From NCBI GenBank assembly GCA_016184305.1, contig JACPCX010000176.1:1-64000 (forward strand): DNA of 64,000 nt, in the 5' to 3' direction. The DNA is from Candidatus Rokuibacteriota bacterium. Its GTDB lineage: Bacteria > Methylomirabilota > Methylomirabilia > Rokubacteriales > CSP1-6. Shown one piece after another: positions 37,097 to 46,530 of the stretch. A program made the translations under genes and the position numbers. The notes under the pieces are model-generated. The model saw only the letters and a program-made list of their open reading frames with translations. It had not been told where the DNA came from and ran no database searches. Within the stretch, counting starts at the first letter, position 1; each line of letters opens with the position of its first letter.

Positions 37097-38047
37097 ATGT
37101 CCGCTAGGCCGCGCGTGCGCGTTCTCTTCTACGGGACGCCCGACTTCGCCCTGCCCACGCTCGAGGCCCTCCTCGCGGGGCACGAGGTGGTGGGCGTGGT
37201 CACCCAGCCCGACCGGCCCGCGGGTCGCGGACAGCGGTTGCAGCCCTCGCCTGTGAAGCGGCGGGCGGAGGCAGCCGGAGTGCCCGTGCTGCAGCCGGCG
37301 AGGCTTCGCGATCCCGGATGGCCCGAGCGCCTGGCAGCCCTCGGGGCCGAGGTCGCGGTGGTGGTGGCCTTCGGCCAGATCCTCCCCAGGCCCGTGCTCG
37401 ACGTCCCCCGGCGCGGCTCGATCAACGTGCACGCCTCGCTCCTGCCGCGTTACCGGGGTGCCGCGCCCATCGCGTGGGCTATCATCCGCGGGGAGACCGA
37501 GACGGGTATCACCACCTTCCAGATGGACCCGGGCATGGACACGGGTCAGATCCTCCTCCAGGCGCGCACCCCGATCGCGAGTGAGGAAACAGCCGGCGAG
37601 CTGGCGGCGCGGCTGTCTCGTCTGGGTGCGACGGTCCTCCTGGGAACCCTCGAGCGCCTCGGCTGGCTCACCCCGACCCCTCAGGATCACGCGGCGGCCA
37701 CGCTCGCGCCTCGACTCAAGAAGGAGGACGGCTGGCTCCGGCTGGACGAGCCTGCACGGAACCTCGTCAACCGGATCCGCGGCTGCAACCCGTGGCCCGG
37801 CGGGGCAGTGATGGCCCCGGGGGGCCGCCTCCTCATCTGGCGCGCGATCGTCGTGCCGGACCCGGCCGCGACCGAGCCCGGCACGCTCATGTCCGCCGGC
37901 CCCGGGACCATCGCCGTCGCCACCGGCACTGGCCTCCTGCTCCCGATCGAAGTGCAGCCCGAGAACCGCAGGGCCATGCCGTGGGACGATTTCCTCCGCG
38001 GCGCCCGTCTCGCCCCCGGCGCCCGCTTCAGCGACATCGGTCCATGA
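37097..38047 (+). CDS. fmt: Methionyl-tRNA formyltransferase
   Basis: GTPDFA, VVTQPDRP, INVHASLLPRYRGAAP. Confidence 0.97.
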   Translation: MSARPRVRVLFYGTPDFALPTLEALLAGHEVVGVVTQPDRPAGRGQRLQPSPVKRRAEAAGVPVLQPARLRDPGWPERLAALGAEVAVVVAFGQILPRPVLDVPRRGSINVHASLLPRYRGAAPIAWAIIRGETETGITTFQMDPGMDTGQILLQARTPIASEETAGELAARLSRLGATVLLGTLERLGWLTPTPQDHAAATLAPRLKKEDGWLRLDEPARNLVNRIRGCNPWPGGAVMAPGGRLLIWRAIVVPDPAATEPGTLMSAGPGTIAVATGTGLLLPIEVQPENRRAMPWDDFLRGARLAPGARFSDIGP

Positions 38048-38193
38048 ACGCCGCCCCGATGAGCGCCGCAGGCGCGAAGAGGCCGAACCGCAACCCGGGA
38101 TCCTCCACATTCAAGCGACCCGAACAGAGCGCCGCAGGCGCGAAGAGGCCGAACCGCAACCCGAAATCATCCACATTCAGGCGACCTGAATGA
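38044..38193 (+). repeat. Family B tandem repeat (2 x ~65 bp) reading as a 49-aa ORF
   Basis: GAGCGCCGCAGGCGCGAAGAGGCCGAACCGCAACCCG at 38061 and 38127; ATGA overlaps at both ends. Confidence 0.85.
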
Positions 38194-39548
38194 CCCCCAT
38201 TCTCCGGGCTGGCCCGGTGTCCCAGGCGCGCTTCGAGGCGCTGGGGATCCTGGTCCGGGTGGAGGCGGACCGGGCCTTCGCCGACATCGCGCTCGAGACC
38301 GCCCTCGAGAAGGCTGCGCTCGAGCCGAGGGATGCCGCGCTGTGCACCGAGATCGTCTACGGTGCCCTGCGCTGGCAGCGGCACCTGGACTGGCGCCTCG
38401 GGCCTCACCTGCACCGCCCCTTGACCAAGCTCGATCCGTGGGTGCGCGCCCTCCTGCGCCTGACCGCATACCAGATCCTCTTCCTCGACCGCGTCCCGCG
38501 CTGGGCGGCCGTGGACGAGGCGGTGAGCCTCGCCAAGCTCAAGGCGCGCAACCCGGGGCCGGCCGAATTCGTCAACGCCGTGCTCCGCTCGCTCACGCGG
38601 ACGCCGGCGCCGCCGCCAGCCCCGGACTCGCCCGTGGCCGCCGTCGGGGTCCGCTGGTCCTTCCCCGACTGGCTGGTCGCGCGCTGGTTCGCCCGCTACG
38701 GCCGCCCGGAAGCGGAAGCCCTGATGGCAGCCCTCTGCGAGCGCCCGCCGCTCACCGTGCGCGCCAATACACTGCGCTGCTCCCGCGACATCGTGGCCGC
38801 GCGGCTGCGCGAGGAGGAGATGGCGGAGGCGCGGCCCACGGCGCTCGCCCCCGAGGGGCTCGTCGTCGAGCGCGGCATCCCGGGGGGCTGGAAGGCCTTC
38901 GCCGACGGGGCCTGCACCGTGCAGGACGAGGCCTCCATGCTCGTCGCCCGCCTCCTGGCCCCCCGGCCCGGCGAGGTCGTGGCCGACACCTGCGCGGCCC
39001 CCGGGACCAAGGCCACCCACCTGGCCCAGCTCATGGAGAACCGCGGCACGATCATCGCCATCGACCCCCAGGCAGCCAGGCTCCGACTCGTGGCCAAGGC
39101 GGCGGCCCGGCTCGGTGTGACCATCATCGAATGTCACACCGGCCCGGTGGAGACATTCGCCAGGCACTGGAAGGAGCGCTGCGACCGCGTGCTCGTTGAC
39201 GCGCCCTGCTCCAACCTGGGCGTCCTCCGCCGGAATCCCGAGGTCAAGTGGCGCCGCACGGAGGAGGACCTGCGGCGCCTCCAGCAGAAACAGCGCGCGA
39301 TCCTCGCCGCGGCCGCGTTGCTCGTCAGGCCGGGCGGGCGACTCGTCTATGCCACGTGCTCGCTCGAGCCCGACGAGAACGAGGACGTGGTGTTGCCGTT
39401 CCTCGAGTCACACCGAGACTGGCGCGTGGATCCGCCCGCGGAGTTCCCCGTGGCCCCCGATGCTGCGGGCATTGTCCGGCTCCTCCCGCATGTCCACGGC
39501 ACCGACGGCTTCAGCGCCATCCGCCTGCGCCGCCGGCCTGCCCCGTAG
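38190..39548 (+). CDS. rsmB: 16S rRNA m5C967 methyltransferase
   Basis: NusB-like N-domain (FVNAVLR), VQDEAS, CAAPGTK, DAPCS, YATCS. Confidence 0.96.
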   Translation: MTPILRAGPVSQARFEALGILVRVEADRAFADIALETALEKAALEPRDAALCTEIVYGALRWQRHLDWRLGPHLHRPLTKLDPWVRALLRLTAYQILFLDRVPRWAAVDEAVSLAKLKARNPGPAEFVNAVLRSLTRTPAPPPAPDSPVAAVGVRWSFPDWLVARWFARYGRPEAEALMAALCERPPLTVRANTLRCSRDIVAARLREEEMAEARPTALAPEGLVVERGIPGGWKAFADGACTVQDEASMLVARLLAPRPGEVVADTCAAPGTKATHLAQLMENRGTIIAIDPQAARLRLVAKAAARLGVTIIECHTGPVETFARHWKERCDRVLVDAPCSNLGVLRRNPEVKWRRTEEDLRRLQQKQRAILAAAALLVRPGGRLVYATCSLEPDENEDVVLPFLESHRDWRVDPPAEFPVAPDAAGIVRLLPHVHGTDGFSAIRLRRRPAP

Positions 39549-39612
39549 CCCCCGCCCGCCCGGGATCGTGGGGAGTTTGCGGGCATACCGGCGGGTCGAG
39601 TATGGTGGTGGC

Positions 39613-40275
39613 ATGATCAAGATCGCGCCCAGCATCCTCTCGGCCGACTTCGCCGCGCTGGGCGAGGCCATCGCGCGCGTCGAGGCCGGGGGGGCCGATC
39701 TGCTCCACGTGGACGTGATGGACGGCCACTTCGTTCCCAACCTCACGATCGGCCCACCCGTCATCGAGTCTATCCGCAAGCGGACCCGGCTCCCGCTGGA
39801 CGTCCACCTCATGATCGAGGAACCCGAGCGGTGGGTGGAGACCTATGTGAGGGCTGGCGCGGATCTCCTGACCGTCCATGCCGAAGCATGTCCCCATCTG
39901 CAGCGCTGCCTGTCCCAGATCCGGGAGGCGGGAGCCCGGGCGGGGATGGCCCTCAATCCCGGGACGCCGCCAGGGGTCCTGGACTATCTCCTCGACGATG
40001 TGGACCTCATCCTGGTCATGTCGGTCAACCCCGGGTTCGCAGGCCAATCCTTCATCCCGTCGGCATACGCAAAGGTCAGACAATTAAGGACTTTGATCGG
40101 CCGACGGGCCACCGAGCTGTCTGTGGATGGGGGGATCAAGCGGGAGCATGCCGCTCCCCTGGCTCAGGCGGGAGCGACCGTGCTAGTGGCGGGTTCGGCC
40201 ATCTTCGGCTCGGCAGAGCCGGGCGAGGCCGTCCGGGAGATGAGGAGTGCCTCGGAAGTAGTGAAATTGGCTTGA
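39613..40275 (+). CDS. rpe: Ribulose-phosphate 3-epimerase
   Basis: IAPSILSADF, HVDVMDGHFVPN, VDGG. Confidence 0.97.
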   Translation: MIKIAPSILSADFAALGEAIARVEAGGADLLHVDVMDGHFVPNLTIGPPVIESIRKRTRLPLDVHLMIEEPERWVETYVRAGADLLTVHAEACPHLQRCLSQIREAGARAGMALNPGTPPGVLDYLLDDVDLILVMSVNPGFAGQSFIPSAYAKVRQLRTLIGRRATELSVDGGIKREHAAPLAQAGATVLVAGSAIFGSAEPGEAVREMRSASEVVKLA

Positions 40276-40300
40276 CTTTCCCTTTCTCCGCACTTACCCT
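40272..40300 (+). promoter_or_regulatory. Sigma-70 promoter of the ffh operon
   Basis: TTGACT-N17-TACCCT in an AT-richer tract. Confidence 0.6.
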
Positions 40301-40333
40301 CTGACTTTCCACGACTAAATTTCCGGAGCGGCA

Positions 40334-41677
40334 ATGTTCGATAGCCTCACCACTCGTCTGACCGGGATATTCGATCGGCTCCGCGGATTCGGCCGGCTGA
40401 CGGAGGAGAATATCCAGGAGGCCCTCCGCGAAGTGCGGGTGGCCCTCCTCGAGGCCGACGTCAATTTCAAGGTCGTCAAGGCGTTCGTCGAGCGCGTCAG
40501 GGAAAAGGCCCAAGGGCAGGACGTTCTCAAGTCGCTGACCCCGGGCCAGCAGGTGGTCAAGGTGGTGCGCGATGAGTTGGTGGAGCTGCTGGGTGGCTCT
40601 GGCCATCGGCTCGCCATGGCCCCCCACCCGCCCACGGTGATCATGCTCGTGGGCCTGCAGGGATCGGGCAAGACGACGAGCGCGGCCAAGCTCGGCCGTC
40701 ACTTCCAGAAGCAGGGGTTGCACCCGATCCTGGCCTCGGCGGACATCTACCGCCCCGCGGCCGTCGACCAGCTCAAGACGCTGGGGGCCCAGCTCGGCAT
40801 CCCCGTGCTCGGGGACGCGGCGCAGAAGCCCGTGGCCATCTGCCGCCAGGCGCGGGACGAGGCTGCACAGCGGGGGCTGTCGCCGCTGATCCTGGACACG
40901 GCGGGCCGCCTCCACATCGACGAGGGGATGCTGGAGGAGCTGCGGGCGATCAAGCGGGAGGTCGGTCCGCATCACGTCCTCCTGGTGGTGGACGCCATGA
41001 CGGGCCAGGACGCCGTCACCGTGGCGGACCGGTTCAATCAGGCCGTCGGCGTGGACGCCATCGTGCTCACGAAGATGGACGGCGACGCGCGCGGCGGGGC
41101 GGCCCTGTCGGTGCGCGAGGTGACGGGACGCCCCATCGCCTTCGTGGGCGTGGGCGAGAAGACCGAGGCCCTCGAGCCGTTTCACCCGGATCGGCTGGCG
41201 CAGCGCATCCTCGGCATGGGCGATGTGCTCTCGCTCGTGGAGCGAGCCCAGGCCGCGGTGGACCAGACCCAGGCCGAGAACCTGGCGCGGAAGATCCGCG
41301 AGGAGAGCTTCACCCTCGAGGACTTCGCCCAGCAGCTCAAGCAACTGCGCTCCATGGGGCCGCTGGACCAGCTCATGGACATGGTGCCGTTCTTCAAGGG
41401 CGGCAAGGGCATGCCCCGGGAGCTCCAGGGCGAGGAGCACGAGCTCCAGCGGTTCGAGGCGATCATCGCCTCCATGACGCCGAGGGAGCGGACCACGCCG
41501 GCGATCATCAACGGCGGCCGGCGCGCCCGCATCGCCAGGGGCAGCGGCACGTCAGTGTCGGACGTGAACCGGCTGCTCAAGCAGCACGCGCAGCTCAAGA
41601 AGATGATGAAGGGGCTCAAGCAGATGGAAGGGCGGATGGGCAAGCTCAAGGGCGCGCTCCCGTTCCTCCCGCGATGA
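40334..41677 (+). CDS. ffh: Signal recognition particle protein
   Basis: LLEADV, GLQGSGKTT, DTAGR, TKMDG, M-domain. Confidence 0.98.
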   Translation: MFDSLTTRLTGIFDRLRGFGRLTEENIQEALREVRVALLEADVNFKVVKAFVERVREKAQGQDVLKSLTPGQQVVKVVRDELVELLGGSGHRLAMAPHPPTVIMLVGLQGSGKTTSAAKLGRHFQKQGLHPILASADIYRPAAVDQLKTLGAQLGIPVLGDAAQKPVAICRQARDEAAQRGLSPLILDTAGRLHIDEGMLEELRAIKREVGPHHVLLVVDAMTGQDAVTVADRFNQAVGVDAIVLTKMDGDARGGAALSVREVTGRPIAFVGVGEKTEALEPFHPDRLAQRILGMGDVLSLVERAQAAVDQTQAENLARKIREESFTLEDFAQQLKQLRSMGPLDQLMDMVPFFKGGKGMPRELQGEEHELQRFEAIIASMTPRERTTPAIINGGRRARIARGSGTSVSDVNRLLKQHAQLKKMMKGLKQMEGRMGKLKGALPFLPR

Positions 41678-41701
41678 CCACATCGAGAGCGAGGTGATCC
41701 A

Positions 41702-41950
41702 GTGGCAGTCCACATTCGACTGAGACGTACGGGGACGACGAAGAAGCCGGCGTATCGCGTGGTGGTGGCCGACTCCCGGGCGGCACGGGACGGGCGGTTC
41801 ATCGAGGTGATCGGGCACTACAACCCGCTCACCAACCCGCCGACCCTCAAGATCGAGACGGAGAAGGCCTCGGCGTGGATCAAGAAGGGCGCGCAGCCGT
41901 CCAACACCGTGAAGAACCTCCTCGTCCGGGCCGGCGTGAAGAACGGGTAG
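41702..41950 (+). CDS. rpsP: 30S ribosomal protein S16
   Basis: [28 protein letters not shown]. Confidence 0.98.
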   Translation: MAVHIRLRRTGTTKKPAYRVVVADSRAARDGRFIEVIGHYNPLTNPPTLKIETEKASAWIKKGAQPSNTVKNLLVRAGVKNG

Positions 41951-41956
41951 ACGGCA

Positions 41957-42108
41957 GGGCGAGCTGAGCCGCGCCCCGCGGCGAGGCGAGCGGACATGGG
42001 AATCCCCCGAGCGGAGCGAGGCGGGCGAGCTGAGCCGCGCCCCGCGGCGAGGCGAGCGGATATGGGAATCCCCCGAGCGGAGCGAGGCGGGCGAGCGTGA
42101 GCGAGCCA
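41957..42108. repeat. Tandem 66-bp repeat (~2.3 copies) related to the module inside family A
   Basis: GGGCGAGC units at 41957, 42023, 42089; reverse complement contains TGGCTCGCTCACGCTCGCCCG as at 5702. Confidence 0.9.
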
Positions 42109-42633
42109 GGCGCGGCTCCGCCGCTGGTGGCGGTCGGGGAGATTCTGCGGCCCCACGGGATCAAGGGCGATGTGAGGGTCCGGCCGCTGACGGATCACCC
42201 GCAGGAGCGCTTCGACAGGCTTCGCGAGTGCTTCCTCTGGGATCCCGCGACCGATCGGCGCGAGCGGTGCCGGATCGCCTCGCATCGCTTCGACGGGGAC
42301 GGCGTGCTGGTGCGCCTGGAGGGGGTGGAGTCGCCCGAAGCGGCTCGCTCACTCAGCGGGCGGCTCATGGCCGTCCCGAGGGCCGAGGCCCTGCCGCCGG
42401 CGCCGGGGCGGTTCTACCCCTGGCAGCTCGAAGGCGCCGCCGTGGAGACGCCGCAGGGACGACAGCTGGGGACGTTCCTCCGGGTGGAGGGCTCGTCGGG
42501 GCAGCCGCTGTGGGTGATCGGCGACGGCGAGCGGGAGTGGCTGCTGCCGGCGGTGCCGGAGCTCGTGATCGAGGTGGACGTGGCGGGGCGCCGCATTGTG
42601 GCGGATCCGCCGGAGGGGCTGGTGGAGCTGTGA
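42097..42633 (+). CDS. rimM: Ribosome maturation factor RimM
   Basis: VGEILRPHGIKG, DPPEGL; operon position. Confidence 0.93.
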   Translation: MSEPGAAPPLVAVGEILRPHGIKGDVRVRPLTDHPQERFDRLRECFLWDPATDRRERCRIASHRFDGDGVLVRLEGVESPEAARSLSGRLMAVPRAEALPPAPGRFYPWQLEGAAVETPQGRQLGTFLRVEGSSGQPLWVIGDGEREWLLPAVPELVIEVDVAGRRIVADPPEGLVEL

Positions 42634-43376
42634 GGATCGACATCGTCACGCTGTTCCCGGGGATGCTCGAAGGCGCCCTCGGCGAGTCGATCATGGGCCG
42701 CGCGCGGGCGCGGGGGCTCGTGGACGTCAGGGTCCGCAACCTGCGGGCGCACGCGCAGGGCACGCATCACGTGACGGACGATGCCCCCTTTGGCGGGGGC
42801 GGCGGCATGATCCTGAAACCCGAGCCGCTTGCGGCCTGCATCGGGACGCTCCGGGCACCCGGCTCGTGGGTGATCCTGCTGGACCCGGCGGGACGGCGCT
42901 TCACGCAGGAGATCGCGCGGGAGCTGGCGCGGCGTCCCCACCTGGTGCTGGTGTGCGGGCGGTACGAGGGCGTGGACGAGCGGGTGCGGGTGCACGTGGT
43001 GGACGAGGATCTGTCCATCGGAGACTACGTGCTCTCGGGCGGCGAGCCGGCGGCCCTCGTGGTGACGGACGCGGTGGTGCGGCTCTGTCCGGGCGTGCTC
43101 GGCCAGGAGTCGGCGCCGGAGCGGGACTCGTTCTCGCGCGGCCTGCTCGAGCACCCGCAGTACACGCGGCCGGAGCGGTTCGGTGACTGGGCGGTGCCGC
43201 CCGTGCTCCTCTCGGGCGACCACGGGCGGATCGACGCGTGGCGACGGGTCATGTCGGTGTGGCAGACGTGGCAGCGCAGGCGGGACCTCCTGGAGACCGC
43301 CGATCTCTCACCGGAAGAGCAGAAGTGGGTGGATGGTTTCAGCCAGGGCCGAACGCCCTCGGACTACATCACGTAA
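42630..43376 (+). CDS. trmD: tRNA m1G37 methyltransferase
   Basis: TLFP, FGGGGGM, CGRYEGVDER, SIGDYVLSGGE, YTRP. Confidence 0.97.
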   Translation: MRIDIVTLFPGMLEGALGESIMGRARARGLVDVRVRNLRAHAQGTHHVTDDAPFGGGGGMILKPEPLAACIGTLRAPGSWVILLDPAGRRFTQEIARELARRPHLVLVCGRYEGVDERVRVHVVDEDLSIGDYVLSGGEPAALVVTDAVVRLCPGVLGQESAPERDSFSRGLLEHPQYTRPERFGDWAVPPVLLSGDHGRIDAWRRVMSVWQTWQRRRDLLETADLSPEEQKWVDGFSQGRTPSDYIT

Positions 43377-43391
43377 GGAGTAGAGAGGGAC

Positions 43392-43781
43392 ATGGAAGCG
43401 ATTCGACTCATCGACGCGGCACAGCTGAAGAAGGACCGCGGGGGGTTCGCGCCCGGTGACACGGTGAAGGTGGCCGTGAAGGTGGTGGAAGGGGAGAAGG
43501 AGCGGCTGCAGGCCTTCGAGGGCGTGGTCATCCGGAAGCGGGGCGGCGGCGCCAGCGCCTCGTTCACCGTGCGGCGGATCTCGTACGGCGTGGGCGTGGA
43601 GCGCACCTTCCCGCTGCACTCGCCTCGGATCGACAAGATCCAGGTCATGAAGCGCGCGGTGGTCCGCCGCGCCAAGCTCTACTACCTCCGCCAGCTGGCC
43701 GGCAAGGCCGCCCGGCTCAAGGAGAAGCGCTTCGTCCACGTGCCGGCCTCGGGCGCCTCGGGGGAGACGCCCTCGAGCTGA
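43392..43781 (+). CDS. rplS: 50S ribosomal protein L19
   Basis: [31 protein letters not shown]. Confidence 0.98.
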   Translation: MEAIRLIDAAQLKKDRGGFAPGDTVKVAVKVVEGEKERLQAFEGVVIRKRGGGASASFTVRRISYGVGVERTFPLHSPRIDKIQVMKRAVVRRAKLYYLRQLAGKAARLKEKRFVHVPASGASGETPSS

Positions 43782-43797
43782 GGGCGGACCCACGGCC

Positions 43798-44418
43798 GCG
43801 CCGTATCGGTTCGAGCGAGAGGCCTGGCGCCGAGGCCTGACCCGGGTCGCGGGGGTGGACGAGGCCGGGCGAGGCCCGCTGGCGGGACCGGTGGTGGCCG
43901 CCGCGGTGATCCTGGCGCCGGGGAGTCCCATCGAGGGGCTGGACGACTCGAAGCGAGTGGCGCCCGCCGAACGGGAGCGGCTCTTCGACCTGATCCGGGA
44001 GCGGGCCGTGGCGGTCGGCGTGGGGACGGCGGATGTGGCGACCATCGACCGCGTCAACATCCTCGAGGCCACGCGGCTCGCCATGGGCGAGGCGCTCGCG
44101 GGGCTCGGCGTGACGCCCGAGCTGGTCCTGACCGACCACGTCGCGCTGCGGGGCCTCGGGTGCCCGCAGCGGAATCTGGTGCGGGGCGATCAGCGGTCGG
44201 CGACCGTGGCGGCGGCCTCGATCATCGCCAAGGTGACGCGCGACCGGATCATGGAGGCGCTGGACCGTGAGTTTCCCGCGTACGGCTTCGGCCGGCACAG
44301 GGGCTACCCGACTCCCGCTCATCAGCGGGCGATCCTGGAGCACGGGCCCTGTCCCGTGCACCGCATGAGCTTTCGCGGGGTGGGGCGACAGGGCAAGCTG
44401 TTCGGGGAACCGACGTGA
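43798..44418 (+). CDS. rnhB: Ribonuclease HII (true start unclear; homology appears to extend upstream of GTG 43855)
   Basis: VAGVDEAGRGPLAGPV, DSK, AAASIIAKVTRD. Confidence 0.93.
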   Translation, partial: APYRFEREAWRRGLTRVAGVDEAGRGPLAGPVVAAAVILAPGSPIEGLDDSKRVAPAERERLFDLIRERAVAVGVGTADVATIDRVNILEATRLAMGEALAGLGVTPELVLTDHVALRGLGCPQRNLVRGDQRSATVAAASIIAKVTRDRIMEALDREFPAYGFGRHRGYPTPAHQRAILEHGPCPVHRMSFRGVGRQGKLFGEPT

Positions 44419-44450
44419 TGGTCGATCGCGTGTCGATCAAGGAGTGACGC

Positions 44451-44831
44451 GTGCCTACTGACACTCGCAGGGCCACAGGGATCAGGGGGGAGGAGGAAGC
44501 GGCGCGCTTCCTGGCGCGCTGCGGCTACGCCATCCTGGACAAGAACGTCCGGACGAGGGCCGGCGAGATCGACCTCGTCGCCAAGGAGGGCAAGACCCTC
44601 GTCTTCGTCGAGGTCAAGACGCGCAGGGACCTCGCGGGCGATCCGCCCCAGGCGGCCGTGAACACGCGCAAGCAGAACCGGCTGGGGAAGCTGGCGCACG
44701 GCTACCTGAAGCTCCGCCGGTTGCGGGAGATGCCGTGCCGCTTCGACGTCGTGGCGGTGATCGTGAACGAGGAGGGCGGCGTCAAGGCGATCCGCCACAT
44801 CCCCAATGCCTTTTCCGTCGCCGCCTGGTAG
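44451..44831 (+). CDS. yraN: YraN/UPF0102 family protein
   Basis: GEIDLV, FVEVKTR, RFDVV. Confidence 0.93.
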   Translation: MPTDTRRATGIRGEEEAARFLARCGYAILDKNVRTRAGEIDLVAKEGKTLVFVEVKTRRDLAGDPPQAAVNTRKQNRLGKLAHGYLKLRRLREMPCRFDVVAVIVNEEGGVKAIRHIPNAFSVAAW

Positions 44832-44876
44832 GCTCGCGCCGATCGACCGGCAGGCCGAGCGCATGGGAGAACACGG

Positions 44877-45806
44877 ATGACGAACGACTTCCGTTTCCAG
44901 GGCTGCATGCCCGCCAACCTGCTGCCCTTCCGCGCCGACCTCGAGATCGACGAGGCCGCCTACCGCAAGCACCTGCGCTGGCTCGCCGACGCTCGCGGCG
45001 TCACCGCCATCGTCGCCAATGGTCACGCGGCCGAGGTCTCCTCCCTCTCGCGGGAAGAGCGGAGGCGGACACTGGCGCTCGCGCTCGACGAGGTGGCGGG
45101 CAAGGTCCCGATCATCGCGGGCGTCTATGCCGACGGCACGCAGGAGGCTCTCGAGCTCGCGCGGGACGCGCGGGCTGCGGGCGCCGCCGGCCTCCTGGTC
45201 TTCCCCCCGACCATCTTCATGTGGGGGGCCCAGGTGAAGCCCGACATGGTGCTCCGCCACTTCTCGGAGCTGGCCGACCGGGTGGATCTCCCCCTGATCG
45301 TCTTCGAGTACCCGCCCGCCTCCGGCATCGGCTACAGCCCCGAGACGCTCGGCGCCCTCTGCAAGATCCCCTCCGTGGTGGGCGTCAAGGACTGGTCCAA
45401 CGACATCGTCGCCTACGAGAAGAATCTCCGCGCGCTGCGCGCCTCGGGGCGGCCCGTGGCCATGCTCTCGTCGTTCACGATGTCGCTCATGGCCACGTTC
45501 CTCGTGGGCGCCGACGGCTGCATCTCCGGCATGGGGAGCGTGGCGGCCGATCTGCAGGCCGAGCTCTTCGCCGCCGTCCAGGCAGGAGACCTGGCGGGGG
45601 CCCGCCGGGTGAACGAGCGGCTGGCTCCGCTGGTGGCGGTGTTCTACGCGCCGCCCTTCGTGGACATGCACAACCGAATGAAAGAAGCGCTCGCCATCCT
45701 GGGGCGCATCCCGGCCGCGCATGTGCGTCCCCCGCTCACGCCGGTCTCCGAGGAGGAGCGCCACCGCATCCGCCTCGCGCTACGGGAGGCGCGGCTCCTC
45801 ACCTGA
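44877..45806 (+). CDS. DapA/NanA-family aldolase
   Basis: NGHAAE, GVKD Schiff-base Lys, VRPPL. Confidence 0.88.
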   Translation: MTNDFRFQGCMPANLLPFRADLEIDEAAYRKHLRWLADARGVTAIVANGHAAEVSSLSREERRRTLALALDEVAGKVPIIAGVYADGTQEALELARDARAAGAAGLLVFPPTIFMWGAQVKPDMVLRHFSELADRVDLPLIVFEYPPASGIGYSPETLGALCKIPSVVGVKDWSNDIVAYEKNLRALRASGRPVAMLSSFTMSLMATFLVGADGCISGMGSVAADLQAELFAAVQAGDLAGARRVNERLAPLVAVFYAPPFVDMHNRMKEALAILGRIPAAHVRPPLTPVSEEERHRIRLALREARLLT

Positions 45807-45890
45807 TCACGCGAGCAGGGAGTCGACCTGGCCATGTCCGCCCACTGGCGCGCTTGAATCCCGACGCCTCGGACCATTAGAATCGCCAAT

Positions 45891-46127
45891 ATGAAGACTA
45901 TTGCGGTCACCATCGACGAGAGTACCCTGCAGCGCCTCGACGAGCTGGCCGCGGCCTCCCCACGTCACCGCAGCCGCTCCGTCCTGGTGCGCGCCGCGGT
46001 CAGGGACTTCGTCGAGCGGGAGCGGCAGCGTGCCATCGAGGAGCGCGAGAGCGCCATCCTCCGCAGGCACAAGCTCCGCCTCGCGCGCCAGGCGAAGGCC
46101 TTGCTCGCCCAGCAAGCGCGCACGTGA
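45891..46127 (+). CDS. Ribbon-helix-helix (CopG-like) antitoxin
   Basis: MKTIAVTID...SRSVLVRAAV; GTGA overlap with the toxin gene. Confidence 0.85.
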   Translation: MKTIAVTIDESTLQRLDELAAASPRHRSRSVLVRAAVRDFVERERQRAIEERESAILRRHKLRLARQAKALLAQQART

Positions 46128-46462
46128 GACGCGGGGAGATCTATCGCACTCGCGAACGGATCCCCGAGCGCGGCGGCAAGCCCGGCTTCTACGTGGTCGT
46201 CTCCCGAACGTTCATCGCCGACCACGAAGACGTGTCCACCGTCATCTGCGCGCCCATCTACAGCGAGATCCTGGGCCTGACCACGGAGGTCGTCCTCGGG
46301 CCGGGCGATGGACTCCCGCGGACCTGTGCCGTGCGCTGCGACTTCCTCACCTTGATGTTCAAGACCAAGCTGACCCAGTTCGTGGCCGACATCTCCCCCG
46401 CGAAGCTGAACGAACTGAATCGGGCGTTGGCGGCGGCGCTCGAGCTTCCGGCGGCGCGGTGA
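46124..46462 (+). CDS. PemK/MazF-family toxin
   Basis: RRGEIY, VVVSR, VICAPI, LNRALAAAL. Confidence 0.85.
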   Translation: MRRGEIYRTRERIPERGGKPGFYVVVSRTFIADHEDVSTVICAPIYSEILGLTTEVVLGPGDGLPRTCAVRCDFLTLMFKTKLTQFVADISPAKLNELNRALAAALELPAAR

Positions 46463-46530
46463 CGCCCGCGGATCGAACCAAGCTCGCAAAGGAACGAGCA
46501 TCACCAGAGCCGGGAAGGCGGTAGCGCAGG

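Noticed and set aside
40060..40335. AT-richer stretch at the end of rpe as foreign DNA
   Set aside because: The protein is ordinary Rpe; the composition is better explained by the overlapping ffh promoter region.
44877..45806. Calling the aldolase dapA
   Set aside because: The GTTGE motif is replaced by GHAAE, so the substrate is unknown.
46459..46524. 21-codon ORF coupled to the toxin stop, ending 6 nt before hsdM
   Set aside because: No recognisable homology; too short to support as a gene, although it resembles the linker-ORF pattern.
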